NCBI RefSeq assembly: GCF_009914755.1
Contig: NC_060934.1
Direction: 5' to 3' (one strand)
DNA length: 64,000 nt
DNA from: the human T2T-CHM13v2.0 reference genome, Homo sapiens
Shown piece by piece: positions 27,876 to 42,883 of the stretch. The position numbers and the translations under genes were made by a program. Position 1 is the stretch's first letter. Every line of letters starts with the position of its first letter. The notes under the pieces were generated by a model. The model was not told the DNA's origin. It was given only the letters and a program-made list of their open reading frames with translations, and made no database searches.

Positions 27876-28897
27876 TCAGCAATACTGCCGCTGCTGCTGT
27901 TTCATCAACACATTTCAGCGACGCCGGGGACTGTCTGCGGGGGAAACCCACTCACTCCTGGGATTCAGGAAGATTGGCGGTTCCAATATTTGCTGTGCCA
28001 GCGCCTGGACAGCTTCTTGCTCTCTGGCGCCTCTCCAGGCCTGTCCCCACTACTGCATCTGCTCCAAAGGACCCTTTCCTAAAAAGAGGATTCAAAAAGA
28101 CAGATGTTGCTCACCGCCATAACTGCAGCTTCCTCTTGGGTATACAGAACTGGCAGAGCACTGGAAAAGGCGAGACTTTCGGAGAGAAAGAGGGCAGCTA
28201 CCTAAAACCTGTCATGGCTGGTTCTTCCAGTCGCACAGGATCCCTGGGGAGGGACCCGGGGAAGACACGGGTTGGTTTATGCAAGGCTATGTGGACCAGA
28301 GAGGTGGAAAACAACCGAAGCCCACCGAAGGAGAACTGAAGAATGTGAACTCTGAGCAGCGCTTAACAAATAAAACACCCAGCCAGGTGAAGGCAGCGCT
28401 CCAAGCCATGGGGGGTGCTGGGGTCGCAAGGTGTTTCTTCTTTTGTTTTGTTTTCCCCCTGGTTTAGCCTCTGTACTTCCCTTATTAATTTCGATTCTCT
28501 GGTTTTACCCTCCAAGGTGAAGATTAAATGCGGAGCCGGCGGGAAGCGCTCTTGAAACCTCCCGGCTGCAGCCACCGTTTCATTTTCAAGCATTGTTCCC
28601 AGAGACCAGCTCAGCCCCACGCCCTGGTCCTGGTCCACAGGCACTTCCATTTAACTGACCTTTGGCCATTGTAAACCCCATCAGTAGGTGTTAATCCCTC
28701 CTGATTTAGACGAGGGTTTTTTCTTTCCTCTCTACCACCTCCCCTGCCCTTTTCCTTTTGAAGGTAAAGTTATGTTTCAAAACATCTCTTGCACTTATAT
28801 ATACAGTTCGTATAAGCACGGCACTTTCATATTCACCATGTCACTTATCAGAAAAATTAAAGATGCGAGCCTGAGGGTCTCTGCAGATGGTATAACC

Positions 28898-29084
28898 CAG
28901 TGGTTCTCAAAGTGTGATCCCTGGACCAGCACCATCAAAATGATCTGGAGACTTGTTAGACATGCAAAAATTCTGGCCCCCTCCTCCAAAACTATTGAAT
29001 CAGAAACTCTGAGGGTGGGCCAGCAATCTGGTTTTACAAGTTTTCCAGGTGATTCTGATGTAGGCTCAAGTTTGAGAACCAGTG
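28898..29084. mobile_element. MER5A
   Basis: TIRs cagtggttctcaaa / tttgagaaccagtg, ~187 bp. Confidence 0.9.
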
Positions 29085-29162
29085 CGCTAATCAAATTTCC
29101 CCTACAGCTCCTCTCCGTTGAACAGATTAGAAAACTGAGACCCACGGTAATTTAGCCAAGGC

Positions 29163-29640
29163 CATTCATTTGTTCAACAAGTGTGCAACACCATGCTAGG
29201 GATTTAAGACACATTCATGAAAAAGAAAAATGTGGTCCTGCCCCACGGAATTCACTTTCTATAAACCAAAAAACAACAAAACAAAGATAATCACCGGCTG
29301 TAGTTAGTGCCACAAGGGAAACAAACCATAGGGATAAGATTAACTGGGAAGGAGCTACCTGGGATGAGGTGGTCAGGGAAGGCTTCCTGGAGGAGGCAAC
29401 ATTTCAGCTGGAACTAATGGGTGAGCAACAGCTGGCCATGATAGCAATGGAAGACAGAGGCCACCACTTGGGCAAAGGCTTAAGAGCAAGAAAACACATG
29501 GCCTCTTCCAGAAACAGAAACACTGGTGTGGCTGGAGCTTGGTAAGCAAGGAGAAGAGTGGCCAATGCAGAATCAGAGGGAGCTGAGAGAGACTGAGGCT
29601 GAGACTATGCAGAGCCTCAAGGGCTTCACATCCAATTCCC
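29163..29640 (-). mobile_element. L2
   Basis: cattcatttgttcaacaa...ggtcagggaaggcttcctggaggaggcaacatttcagctg. Confidence 0.8.
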
Positions 29641-29873
29641 ATTCCCATAAGAGTCAGGCTAAGATTCCTGGCCCCCAGGCCACCTCCGCAAGGCTCTTGT
29701 GCCATCTACACTCAGACCCTCCTTGCGCCAATCACCTTGTCAAGCCTCTTAGATCTTCCAGGACCCGGGAGCTCCCTTTCTCCCTCACACCAAAGGCAAG
29801 GCAGCTGGTCCTGCTCCAGGCATTTCTCACTGATCTTCCTTCATATTGGGCCTAACTTGGATTCCTCTTTGCT

Positions 29874-29904
<31 letters not shown>

Positions 29905-30469
29905 GATTGGCCTTGCCGTCCCCATCCCCTGTCTCCTCTTTGTCAGGCTAAACATCTTCACATCTATTAAGAGGCAGTGAGACGGCATGGTGAAGAAGGT
30001 GAGTGCTGGAATCAAACTGCCTGCGCTCCGTAGGGCTCTGCCCATGACCTCTGCACCCGGGTTTTCCCGTATGTCAACTGGTTGTAATAGCAATAACCCC
30101 TACCCGGTAGGTTTGTTGTGGTGTTTACATGTCTTAAAACATGGGAAGGGATTCAGTGAGGGTCAAGTGCCACCGCAGGGATTCCAGGGCGGGCCTCCAT
30201 TACTCCAGCATCCTAGTAGCCCTCCCTCAATGGCGGCGGTGAGCAGCAGTCACCCCGATGTGGCCAGGCCAGGCCAGAGTGCAGAGGGACTGTTGTTTCC
30301 TCCCAGTCTGGCCACTCGTCTTCTGGAACAAAACCAGAGGCTGAGTGGGAGACGGAGAGGCTTGTCATTGTATTCATCTGGGAAAAGTGGCCCTTTACCT
30401 TGGGCCCTGTACCTATTACAAAGACACACTTTGTATATTTGCCCCCTGCCTTACTAAAATCATGACACT

Positions 30470-30791
30470 GGCTGGGCACGCTGGCTCATGTCTGTAATCC
30501 CAGCACTTTGGGAGGCTGAGGCAGGCAGATCACCTGAGGTCAGGAGTTTGAGACCAGCCTGGCCAACATGGTAAAACCCCATCTGTATTAAAAATACAAA
30601 AATTAGCTGGGTATGGTGGTGCGTGCCTGTAATCCCAGCTACTCAGGAGGCTGAGGCAGGAGAATCGCTTGAACCCAGGAGGCAGAGGATGCAGCGAGTC
30701 GAAATTGCAGCATTGCACTCCAGCCTAGGCGATCGAGTGAGACTCCATCTCAAAAATAAAATAAAATAAAATAAATAAAATAAAATAAAAT
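30470..30791 (+). mobile_element. AluSx with (AAAAT)n tail
   Basis: Full Alu consensus. Confidence 0.95.
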
Positions 30792-31522
30792 CAGGGAACC
30801 CCCACAACCATCAGGAAAACTGATCTTGACTTTCCTGTCAGTTGAAGTGGCTTGTGGCTGACCACTGCAACCACTGAGACCAGCAAGGAAAGCAGAGACC
30901 AAATTCAAAAGCCTCCTGTACAGCACTGGAGAGCTGTGGAGATGACCAGGACCCACAAGGACAAAAACCTCACAGCAGGGGCCCCTGGATGGCAAGGTGA
31001 GCCGACATTCTGCTGCCACTCTTTCCTTCAGGGAATCTGCTCATTCCAGGTGTTGACCCAAGAGGCTGATGATCTGGCGAAGGACCCAGGCCAGGGTCGA
31101 CGTCAAAGAGGCGCAGACACAGATGAGCTTTGGGCAGCCTCACAGGAATGGAGGGACCAAAATGAGGGATTTGCAGGGCTGGGATTCCTCTAAAAAGGAA
31201 GGACAGAAAAGACGGAACAACACACTCCCACTTTCCACCATGAGACATCTGCCAAGTTCTGAAACTGTGTAGGGAGGGAGGAAGCTAAGACGTTAAGCAG
31301 GAAACTTTTGAAAAGCAGTTAGGAGTTTCCAGCCATCCTGAGAAGCCACGGTGATGAGGATTAAAGTCCAGGACCTGCCACAGGGGAGATGCCCTGATGA
31401 ACTCTCTGGGTTCGAGTGGAGGACCTGGAAGGCTACAACCTTTGGACGGGGTAAGCCAAAGGCAGGCAAGAGCTAAGGTCCTGAGGAATGCAGCCACCAG
31501 CTCCTACTTTATCTGCCGTTAA

Positions 31523-31852
<330 letters not shown>

Positions 31853-31902
31853 GCTTTCTCACATTTTTATACATAATGTCTGGCATTCAATTAAAAACTC
31901 TA

Positions 31903-32645
<743 letters not shown>

Positions 32646-33583
32646 AGAGGGCGGCCAGCTGTTGGTGAGGATCCATACAGGAACCCCCTTTTTGCCTCCT
32701 AGCCTTTCCCTTATCTTTGCTCACCTGTGACATATCTCAGCAAGTGAAAAGCCACATCTGCTACCTACACCCACCTGCACCAAAGATGAACTTTTTCCCC
32801 CATGGGACTTTGCACTCAACTCCAGCCAATAATGGGTTTGAACATTTTTGCTAAACTGTAAAAACTGGAGTTTCTCTGCTGGCAGTCACTCTCCACCCTC
32901 CCTCCCCAGTATTCCTGATGACCCCTCATCCAGCTGTGTCCTAGTGGAAAGGCCAGACCAGGACTTGGGCCAGACTAGACAGCTCAGAGCCAAAAGAGAA
33001 AGGACATTTCTGGGACCTGCTGAATCACCACCAGGTAAGGACATCTGGGAATGAGTACCACGGACCATTGCGAGATTGGGATCATCTTTCACCACCATCA
33101 CCTTGCTGGGAAGTTACATACCTCTCCTGTTCTGTATGAGAGGGTGATTGGGTTGCAAATTTGTTTTCTAAAAATACAGCCTACGTTATAAAGGGGGGAA
33201 TAAGTTCCCTTCAACCAGAGCTAAGACTTAGTTTCCTAAAACCCATCAGATGGAGAGCAGACAGCAAAGGGGCAGTCTGATCTTTTCAGTAAACTGGGAT
33301 AAACCCTACACTCTTTTTACACCATCCCCTCTTCTTGCAGTTATGCAGTTTATTTACAGTTGACTTTTGAACCTAAGTACACGACTTTACATTTATCCCT
33401 ACCCATTTTTTTTTTTAATTAGCACCAGCTCTTTTCTTATTTCTGAGATATCTTTGAAATCAGCAGCTGATCAATCAGCCAGCCTCTTCCAACTTTGGGT
33501 CACCTATAAATCTGCCCAGAGTGGTGGATATCCTCTGCCTCAGATCCAAAAGACAAAAAAAAAAAAAAAAAAAATAGACAGAG

Positions 33584-33912
33584 GGCCAGGCCCAGGGACT
33601 CATGCCTGCAATCCCACACTTTGGGAGGCCAAGACAGGCAGATCACTTGAGGCCAGGAGTTTGAGACCAGCCTGGCCAACATGGCAAGACCCCATTTCCA
33701 CATGTAATTTTCTGAATACAAAAATTAGCCAGGTGTGGTGGTGCGTGCCCGTAGCCCCAGCTACTCAGGAGGCTGAGGCAGGAGAATTGCTTGAACTCAG
33801 GACACGGAGATGGCAGTGAGCCGAGATCACGTCACTGCACTCCAGCCTGGGCAGAAGAGTGAGACCCTGTCTCAAAAAAATAAATAAGTAAAATAAACAA
33901 ATAAGCAAAAAA
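33584..33912 (+). mobile_element. AluS/J
   Basis: Full Alu. Confidence 0.93.
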
Positions 33913-36012
33913 CCCAGGAAGGAACTAGGAAACTGCTACCCCGTTTTATACAGGTAAGTAGATTCTCTAGGATAACATGGCAGGGCCCTGACTCTGTCAT
34001 TTTCCCTCGGGCCACTCCCTCCAACTCCCCCACCAAACGCTGCCAGCCACAAATCCTTCTTTTCAGTGCACTCTGCCTGCTGCTCGGCATGTGCTGTTGA
34101 CAAGGCTCAAAAACAGAAAGCTTGTTGTTGGAAGGGCTGTATTCCCAAGCAGTGCATCTGTAAGACAAAATGTGTATCTCCAGGGAATTCGTGTTTCTGC
34201 TCTCCCTCTCGGCCCCCGCGGCCCTAAGAGGAAGGAGCCGGGCTGTGGATTGGAACAAATCCTCACTGAGCACTGACTGGGCCAGACTCTGTGCTGAGCT
34301 GTGCAGGTGCATTACCTCCATCAAAGCCCACGCATCCTCTCTGGTGGGTGCTACTTCCTCATCTTATGGGAGAGGAAACTGAGGCTTGGAGAAGGAAAGG
34401 AACTCGCATGCTGGCCGCAGAGAGGAGTGAGTGGCATACCAGAACTGGAGTCTCAGCCCTCACGCAAAGACCACTGGCTTACTCAGCCTGATTACTCAGC
34501 AATCGCTGACCTTCCAGCTCCAAATAAGCCATTCTTTCTGCCACATTCATATCATCTTGCCCCTGACAGACGAGTGACTATATAAAACATTCCCGAAACC
34601 ATTGTTCTTCCTGCTCAGCTGCCATCCCCAGAGGCAGAGGACACCTGGCCTGGTCTCTGGCACCCCGCATACGGGGCAGAGAATGTTGGCCATGTGCCAG
34701 GCAATGATGTTCCAAATTACAGTTTGATCAATGCACTCTTCACCTTTTCTCCGAGGCCTGGAGTTTTTAGCAGCTCTAACTCCAAACTTCACAGCACCCA
34801 AATCATGTCACTGAAGGAGCGAGCAGAGAAGGCGCCATGTGGCTCACGCACCTGACTTCCTAACCTTAAGCTGGTGAGACACACAGCTCCTGAAAGCTTA
34901 ACCGGCGCCGTCCTGCTCACGTAAAACAGCCCCGACATCCAATTCCGATGGTTGCAGCTGCGTGGTCTCCCTGAAAATCTGCCACTCATGATTTTTTTAA
35001 ATGGGGTTTTTCCTTCTTTTCAGGGTGACAAAAGTCTTCCTAATGAGAAATACCAGAGGGTTAAAATTGCCTGGAGCCCTCGCCAGTTTCTGGTACTATG
35101 GTTTAAAAGATGACTTTTTATGCTCTGGGTTACAAAACGCTTCCAACAACACCTTTGCTCAGTATTGGATTGAGGCTAAGTTTATTTTTCTGGTGGGGAA
35201 ATCAATCCTTGAGCTGTGTTAAAACAATCAGCAGCTCCAGTCATGACATCACGATTCAAATCGTTCTTCCTTCTTATGTATCAACTATGCTGTCGAATGT
35301 GGAAACATGAAATCTACAGTTTGCTGGAATCATCTGGATTGTTTAAACTGTATTTCTTAGGCAGAAAGAAAGAATCATTCTTGCAACCTATACCCCTTCC
35401 CCCACCCCACCATGCAGATTTACTTCATATTTATTATTTTTTTGTTACAATTAACAAAAGGAGAAACCCATTTGCTGTTTTTTTTCCCGGGGATTTAGAA
35501 CAGAAACTTCTACCGCCAGTGGCTTGTGATTCCACCCTCCACCCCTCGCTCTCTAGAAGTTTCTGAGGTCTAATTTTTTCTAACAGAGGCTTTGTCTGTA
35601 GTGAATGAACCCTGGCTACAAAGTCGGCTTAATTAAAACAATGGCATTCCAGAGACAATAGGGAACAAGGTGCCGGCTTCTGTGCTGGGTGCTAACCCTC
35701 GGCACAGCCTTCTGCGGTGACCTTAGTGGAGCTACTCCTGATGCCGTCAAGTTCAGGGACAGGCTGGTCTTCTATTCGCTCGGTTCAAGGCTCTGGCAGA
35801 GGAAATCCAGTGTGTGTGTGTGGGTGGGGGTGGGGGGGATGGCATATTCATACCTACACATAATGATCTTCTATTTAAGATTTCTCTGTGCTCCACCACC
35901 ATAGCGATGGGTGTCAGGCTGCCAATAGAATGAAGAGAAGTGGAGAATCGCGGCCATTGTTAAAATATTTCAGGCTTGTCACCCAAAGTCCCCCAAAAAA
36001 ACCCTCTGCCTC

Positions 36013-36124
36013 AAGAATGTGGGTCAGTCAAGATAATCTGCAAATATGAAGAATGTGGGTCAGTCAAGATAATCTGCAAACATGAAGAATGTGGGTCAGT
36101 CAAGATAAGCTGCAAACATGAAGA
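36013..36124. repeat. 36-bp minisatellite, 3 copies
   Basis: aagaatgtgggtcagtcaagataatctgcaaa(t/c)atg x3. Confidence 0.95.
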
Positions 36125-36555
36125 TGATACAAGACCATCTCACTGCTTTCCGTCCGGATGCTGAGAGCAGCAGCAGCAGTTCGGTTGCCCTGGTCAGACA
36201 CCTGGCAGACATCCTGGATCATTCGCCACCTCCAATTAGGCGCCGATTCCTGTTACCTGACCTTACAATGACACTCTCCCCTCCAGCTTCCTCTTCCTCT
36301 CCAGGGTCTCTGCCCTGAGTTAGGAGTGATCGTTTCTCACCTGGGCAACTGCATCAGCCTCCTGTCTGGCTTCCCTGCCTCTCACCTTTCCCTGGCCACA
36401 CACTGCCAGTAGGGGCCTCTCCAACTAGGAAGACATCTGACCACCTCACCCTCTCCTTGAGAACTTGGATGGTTCTCCCTGAGCTACAGAATCAAGTCTC
36501 AATGCCTCAACCTGGCATATGAGCTTGGTCACAATCAGGGACCTACGAGCCTTGG

Positions 36556-36927
36556 TAGGTTGTCTCTCTTGGCCCCTGTAAGATCATGCTCCAGCCCAGG
36601 GAGGTAGACTTTGGGCCTGCCCCACAGCCAGACCTACCCTGTGGTGGTGTCCCAGGTCACCCACTGGTTCTCTTCCCTGCTTTACCCAGCTGCTTGATGC
36701 CAGCCATAATGGCAGTGATGTATGGAAGGGGGACACAGTTGCATCATAGGTTGTCTCTCTTGGCCCCTGTAGGATTGTGCCCCAGCCCAGCGAGGTAGAC
36801 TCTGGGCCCGCCCCATAGTCAGATCGTGGTGTCCCAGGTCACCCACTGGTTCTTTTCCCTGCTCTGCTCAGCTGCTTGATGCAAACTGTAATGGCAGTGA
36901 CGTATGGAAGGGGGACACAGTTACATC
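36556..36927. repeat. ~190-bp tandem duplication
   Basis: 36556-36746 and 36747-36927 both begin taggttgtctctcttggcccctgta and end tatggaagggggacacagtt(g/a)catc. Confidence 0.95.
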
Positions 36928-37651
36928 TCCATGTGCTGTCCCCACCAAAGCAAAGGCCACAAGCACCTCCCCACAACACACTGACACAGTGGTCTGATGT
37001 CCCAGAGGGAAAAATGTAACTGTCAGAGATAAGAAATGTTAGGACAAGGGACATGGGAGTATGTGATCCCTAAATCATGGTTCTGTTTCCATCAGTGAGT
37101 GTAAAAATCAAAATCTGTCTTGGTAAGAATTTTAAATAAAAGGAAAATGGTGAGAGATTTACCCCCAACACATTGCAGTGTGTCTCCAGGAGCAATCATC
37201 GCACCTAAGGGCACCCTTCCTGCTTCCAGGCTTGTACCTTGACCTTCTCTGTTAACCCTTTGCAGCCCCTGTCACTCTCTCTCGCTGGATTCCTGTCTCT
37301 CTGGGTCTGATGTTCCCATGTGTCTGTCTCCATTGGTCCCATTCTCCCTGAGACAGATGCTCCACAAGGGAAACCCTTGACTTTTCCTCTTCTTCACAAG
37401 CAGCACCCCCAAGCCCTGTGTCCCGTGACACCCTGCTTATTCACTGGTCCCAAAATCACCTGCATTTTCCCAGTTCTGAGATTCAGCCTTTGCTTTCCTT
37501 TCTGCCCCAAATGCCCATCATCCAGTTGAGAAGCCCTTGTGCCCCTCTCATCTGGATGGCTCCACTTCTTAGATTCCCTGGGTCCCCTGACCCCTACCCA
37601 CAACAGACAGGGCAGAACAGACAATTCCCCTTGCACTTTACATAGGAGGGT

Positions 37652-37996
37652 TCCGTGGTCTGAGTCTTTGTGTCCCTGCAAAATTCCTATGTTGAAATCT
37701 AATTCCCAGTGTGCTTGTATTAAGAGGTGGGGCCTTTGAGAGGTGACTGGGTCATGAAGGTGGAGTCTTTGTGAATGGGATTAGTGCCCTTATAAAAGAG
37801 AGCTGACGGAGCTTGTTCATGTGAGGACACACAGAAGGCACCACCTATGAGGAACGAGCCCTCACCAGACACCAAATCAGTTGGTGTCTTGATTTTGGAC
37901 TTCCCAGCCTCCAGAACTGTGAGCAATAAATGTCTGTTGTTTGTAAATTACTCAGCCTAAGGTATTTTGTTGCAGCAGCCTCAACAGGCTATGATA
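37652..37996 (+). mobile_element. MLT1A-type solo LTR
   Basis: tgtgtccctgcaaaattcctatgttgaaatc...ccagaactgtgagcaataaa...tattttgttgcagcagcc. Confidence 0.9.
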
Positions 37997-38129
37997 GGTG
38001 GGTAAGACTGATTCAGAGAATGATGGCAACGTGGGAAAATCGTTATTACTGTAGGATATGTATAATGGAAATGCAACTTCTAAGGGAATCTGTATGTAGC
38101 CATACATGTTTGTAAACAACTTATAGGAT

Positions 38130-38421
<292 letters not shown>

Positions 38422-38749
38422 AATTTATGTGTTTTTAGTTGGTAAAAATGGGTTGTACTGAGTCAGTACCATTAGAATTAGACAAATATGACATGATCAG
38501 CAAAATATTTTAAAAAATTAAAAATCAAGGAAAAATAAGAGACAAACATCTTGAACAGCAACATACTTGTTGACGTGAGAGTATCAAAGGGAAAGAGATT
38601 AATTTTGCCATTTTTAGGGACCATGATGGGGTGGGAGGACAGGCGTGGAGTTTGAGATCTGTGCAGGAGACAGTCACTGTGATCACCTGGTCAGGGATGC
38701 GGTTACACTGATCCTGTGGGAGGAAGCCAGGAGTGTTACCTGCCTGCTG

Positions 38750-39985
38750 TTTCCACCAATGGTATGGTCACATGACCATGACTTTGCATCAGTTCTCAGC
38801 CCTCATCAGACGTGGCCAGTCACCACCCTCTCCTCTTCATTTGCTTTCCAGGACACCACATCCTCCTGCTTGTCTTGTTCATTCCCGGCACAGCATTTCA
38901 GACTTTTTCACTGGTTGTACCTCATTGCTGTGGCTCTGAATGTGACAATGCTCCAGGCTTTAGTCCTCAGACCTCTCATTCCCATCTACACTCTTTCCTT
39001 GGGGGATCTCTTCCGCTTTCTTGGTGTTCAGTACCAACTATATGCTAATGAGTCCACGTTGACATTTCTAGTCGGAGCTCACCATATCTCCACTTGCAGT
39101 CTAACAGGTAACTCTAATAAACAGACCCCCAAACACCTGATCTCCAAATCAGCAGGTTCCACCCCAAACCCACTCCTCCTCCTCCAGTTGCTGGCACATC
39201 ATATTGGTGACTCCACCCTTCAAAATGCCAGCATCATCCTTACTCCTCTCTTTTTCACAACTATATCCAGTCCCCAGAAATCCTATGGCCTCCCCCTGCA
39301 CCCCTGCAAAATCTGTCTGCTTCTCACCCCTCCACCTTCTCCTCTAAATTCACATCTGTTCCATCTCCACCTACATCATCATAATTGCTGCCTCTCCTCT
39401 TGCCACCCCACTTCCTACCAAAGTCTATTCCCAACATGACCTTTGGGATCTTTCAAAAATATAAGTACAGAATGTAAGATCGTGTCACTCTCCCTCTCAA
39501 GACCCTGGCTTCCCACCTCAGAGGAGAAGCTGGAGTCCTTGCCAGGCCCTATAAGGCCCTACGTGGCCTCATCTCCCAGCTAAGTGGCCTCCTTGCTCTA
39601 ACACACAAGGCACCTCCTACCTCAGGACCTTAGCACAGCCCTTCCTTCGGCCTGGGATGCTCCTCCATTGGACAGCCACATGGCTTGATGACCCACCTTC
39701 CCTCAGGCTGCTGCTCAGATGCCACCTTCTCAGGAGGCCTCCCCAGAACCCCTATTTTAAATTCCAACCTCATTTCTAGCCCATCATTCTTTATTCCCCA
39801 TCCAGCTTTATTTTTTCTCTATACCATTTATCATTTAACATATTCAGATTTGCACACATACACACATACATACATTAGAATGGAAGCCCCATGAGGGCAG
39901 GGATTTGTACTTTTATCCAGTGCTGCATAATGTGTAGAACTGTGCTCAGCATATGATAGATGTGAAATCATTATCTGTTGACTGG
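38750..39985 (+). mobile_element. Long L2 relic (RT region to 3' end)
   Basis: Degenerate L2 RT peptide (YTLSLGDL...YQLYANE) and 3' end tagaatggaagccccatgagggcaggg. Confidence 0.85.
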
Positions 39986-40724
39986 TTTGTGGCTCCACGC
40001 TGATCCACCCGTGTCACTTGCCATCCTGACTGCATGAGAGGAAAGCCTGGACCTCAGGGAGTGGCACGGCAAGTCACCATCTACCACAGTGGGCTGGACT
40101 CACCTGTCAACCTTCCCTGTCAGATGGGAGCTCCCACAGTGTAGGGACTATGCCCTTTACAGCTCAGAAACACCAGAACCTGCCATTGGGTCTGAAAAAA
40201 CAGGAGTAGGTGCTTGTTGAATTAATGTAATCCAGATAATCCAGGCCTAAGAGGAATCCGAATTAAATGAGATAATATGAAACCACAAATGTGATTTAAA
40301 AGACAGCTTTGCGTGCTATGCCTATCTTTTGGTGTTCGCTAAGGCATTTACATCACTTTGTATAGAGCAGTAGTATTTCACTTTGTGTAAAGTAAGTAGT
40401 ACACTTGGGTTTATCTGAGGACATGGGATGTGGATAACTGAGTTTCTTCTCACTTCCACACTTGCTCAAGTCTTTGTCCATACGGGAACTGTCTCTCTCC
40501 ATTACCAGTGGAGGAAGCACAGGACATGCCACTATAAGCTTTGGGTTCTAGTCTTCCCTTCACACTTACCAGTCTTATGTCTGACCTTCCCTTCGGTGAT
40601 CCTCAGCTTCTCCATCTGAGGTTAATTCTCTCATGATAAGAGAACAACTGGCTGATGAAAACAATTCAGGAATGGCTTGTTAGAGGGGATTTGTGGCTTA
40701 TGAACATACAGAAAGCAGGAATCA

Positions 40725-41455
40725 CCAGGACGCCCTGTGGGTTCACAGAGAAAATACTCTTTCAAGAGAATCTTGTTTCCTTCCTTGATAGGATTAAGAG
40801 ACCGGTAGAAATGAGGGAGATCAAGAGTTTATGAATTCAGTAGGGCATTTGATAAGTTCAATGGGGTTGACATGAATTTGGTGCATGGACCATTGGATGG
40901 CTTGGGGACTGGTTGGATACGGTTCTTCAGAGGCTACAATTTAATGTTCTCAGAGAGAGGTTCTGAATTCAGGACTTCAAGCCTCTATCCTTTGCAAAGT
41001 CCCATTGGACATTTTTATCACTGGCTTGAATGAAAATAAAGAGGCCATGTTTATTGCATTCGTGGATAGGCTGGGAACAAAGATGTCATGACTCAGGGTC
41101 AGAATCAGCATCCAAATCACTCTCACTCCTAGACTAGAAGCAATGGCCTGGACCCAAGAATATGCAATGGAAAGGGAAAGGAGCTATTTCTGGCACCCAA
41201 GAGCTACTTGCCCAGGTACAGAATAAGGAAGGCATGGCCTAGCAGCAGACGACTTAAAAAGGTGTGAGGGGCTTTTGTTGACATGAGTCAATGGTGTGCT
41301 GTGTGTGCCAACCACCCAACCCCAACTCACCTCTTCCACAAAAAGCTTAACTTTGTCTGAGGTTAGAGTACAGAATCATATCCACAAGTTTGAAGTGAAC
41401 ATCCACTGTCTTCAGTGCTAATCTGATGGTTCCAGGGACCACGTTTTAAAAGGGA
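40725..41455 (+). mobile_element. L3/CR1 LINE relic
   Basis: gggttcacagagaaa...aatcttgtttccttccttgatagg (GFT..NLVSFLDR) and ttcagtagggcatttgataag (FSRAFDK), CR1 RT-like. Confidence 0.7.
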
Positions 41456-42883
41456 TGTGAAATGAACAATCCAAAAATAAAATTAAGAAAACAATTCCCT
41501 TTACAATAGCATCACAAGAATAAAATATTTAGGAATGCATTTAACAAAAGCAGTGAAAAATTTATTCTCTGAAAACTATAAAACACTGTTGAAAGACATT
41601 AAAGAAGACATAGGTAATCCAGGTTCATGGATGAGAAGATTTTTAATACCATTAAAATGGCAATGCCCCCCCAAATGATCTACAGTCTCAACATGATCCC
41701 TGCATTCACAAAGAAATGCAAGGGACACAGAATAAACAAAACAATTTTGAAAAAGAAGAACAAAGTTGGAGGACTCACACTTTCTAATTTCAAAACTCAA
41801 TACAAAACCACAGTGATCAAGATAGTGTGGTACTTGTATAGGGCTAGACAGACAGATCAATGGAATAGAATTTCAGAGTCCAGAAATAAACCCTCACATG
41901 TATAGTCAATTGCTTTTTGACAAGGGGGTGAAGACAATTTAGTGGGGAAATAATAGTCTTTTCACTAATGGTGCTGGGACAACTGGATATCATGTAAAAC
42001 AAGGAAGGTGAACCCCTACATCACACCATATACAAAAATGAATTCTAAATGCACAAAAAGCCGAAACGTTAAGAGGTAAAACCATAAAACTCTTATGAGA
42101 GGAAAGAAGAAAATACAGATATAAGTCTTTGTGGCCTTATGTTAGCAATGGCTTCTTAGATATGCCACCAAAACCACATGCAACAAGAAAAATATGGCTA
42201 AACTGGACTTAATAAAAATTAAAAACCTTCATGCTTTGAAGGACATCATCAAGAAGGTGAAAAGGCAACACACAGAATGGGAAAAAATATTTGCAAATAA
42301 TACATCTGATAAGGGAGTTATATCTAAAATATATAAAGAACTCTTACAAATCAATAATAAAAAGACATAACCCAATTTAAAAATGGACAAAGAACCTGAA
42401 CAGATATATCTACAAAGAAGATGTATACAAATGTCCACTAAGTATCTGAAAAGATGCCAGCATCATAAGGTATAAGTGAAATGCCAATCAAAACACAATG
42501 AAATGCCACTTCACACCCAGAAGGATGACTATAATCAAAAAGACAGATAATGCAAAGTGTTGGAAATGATGTGGAGAAATAAGAAGCCTCATACACTGTT
42601 GGTAGGAATACAAAATGTGTACCCACTGTGGAAAACAGTTTAGCAGTTCCTCAAAAGGTTAAATATAGAGTTACCATATGCCCTAGCAATTCCATTCCTA
42701 AGATATACCCAAGAGAAGCGAAAAAATACATCCACACACAAACTGGTCCATATCAACATTATTCATAATAGCCCCAAAATGAAAACAACCCAAACATCCA
42801 TCAACTGACTAATGGACAAACAAACCATGTTCTATCCATACAATGGAATATTATCATTATCCAGCAATGAAAAGTGAAGGACT

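Noticed and set aside
36013-36124. 36-bp repeats as a CRISPR array
   Set aside because: Units are contiguous with no spacers, and the DNA is eukaryotic.
35976-36164. ORF with repeated EECGSVKIICKH, superficially zinc-finger-like
   Set aside because: Product of the 36-bp minisatellite; no C2H2 spacing or linker, and no exon context.
41576-42626. ORFs with L1 ORF2 similarity
   Set aside because: Frameshifted fragments of a dead L1MB.
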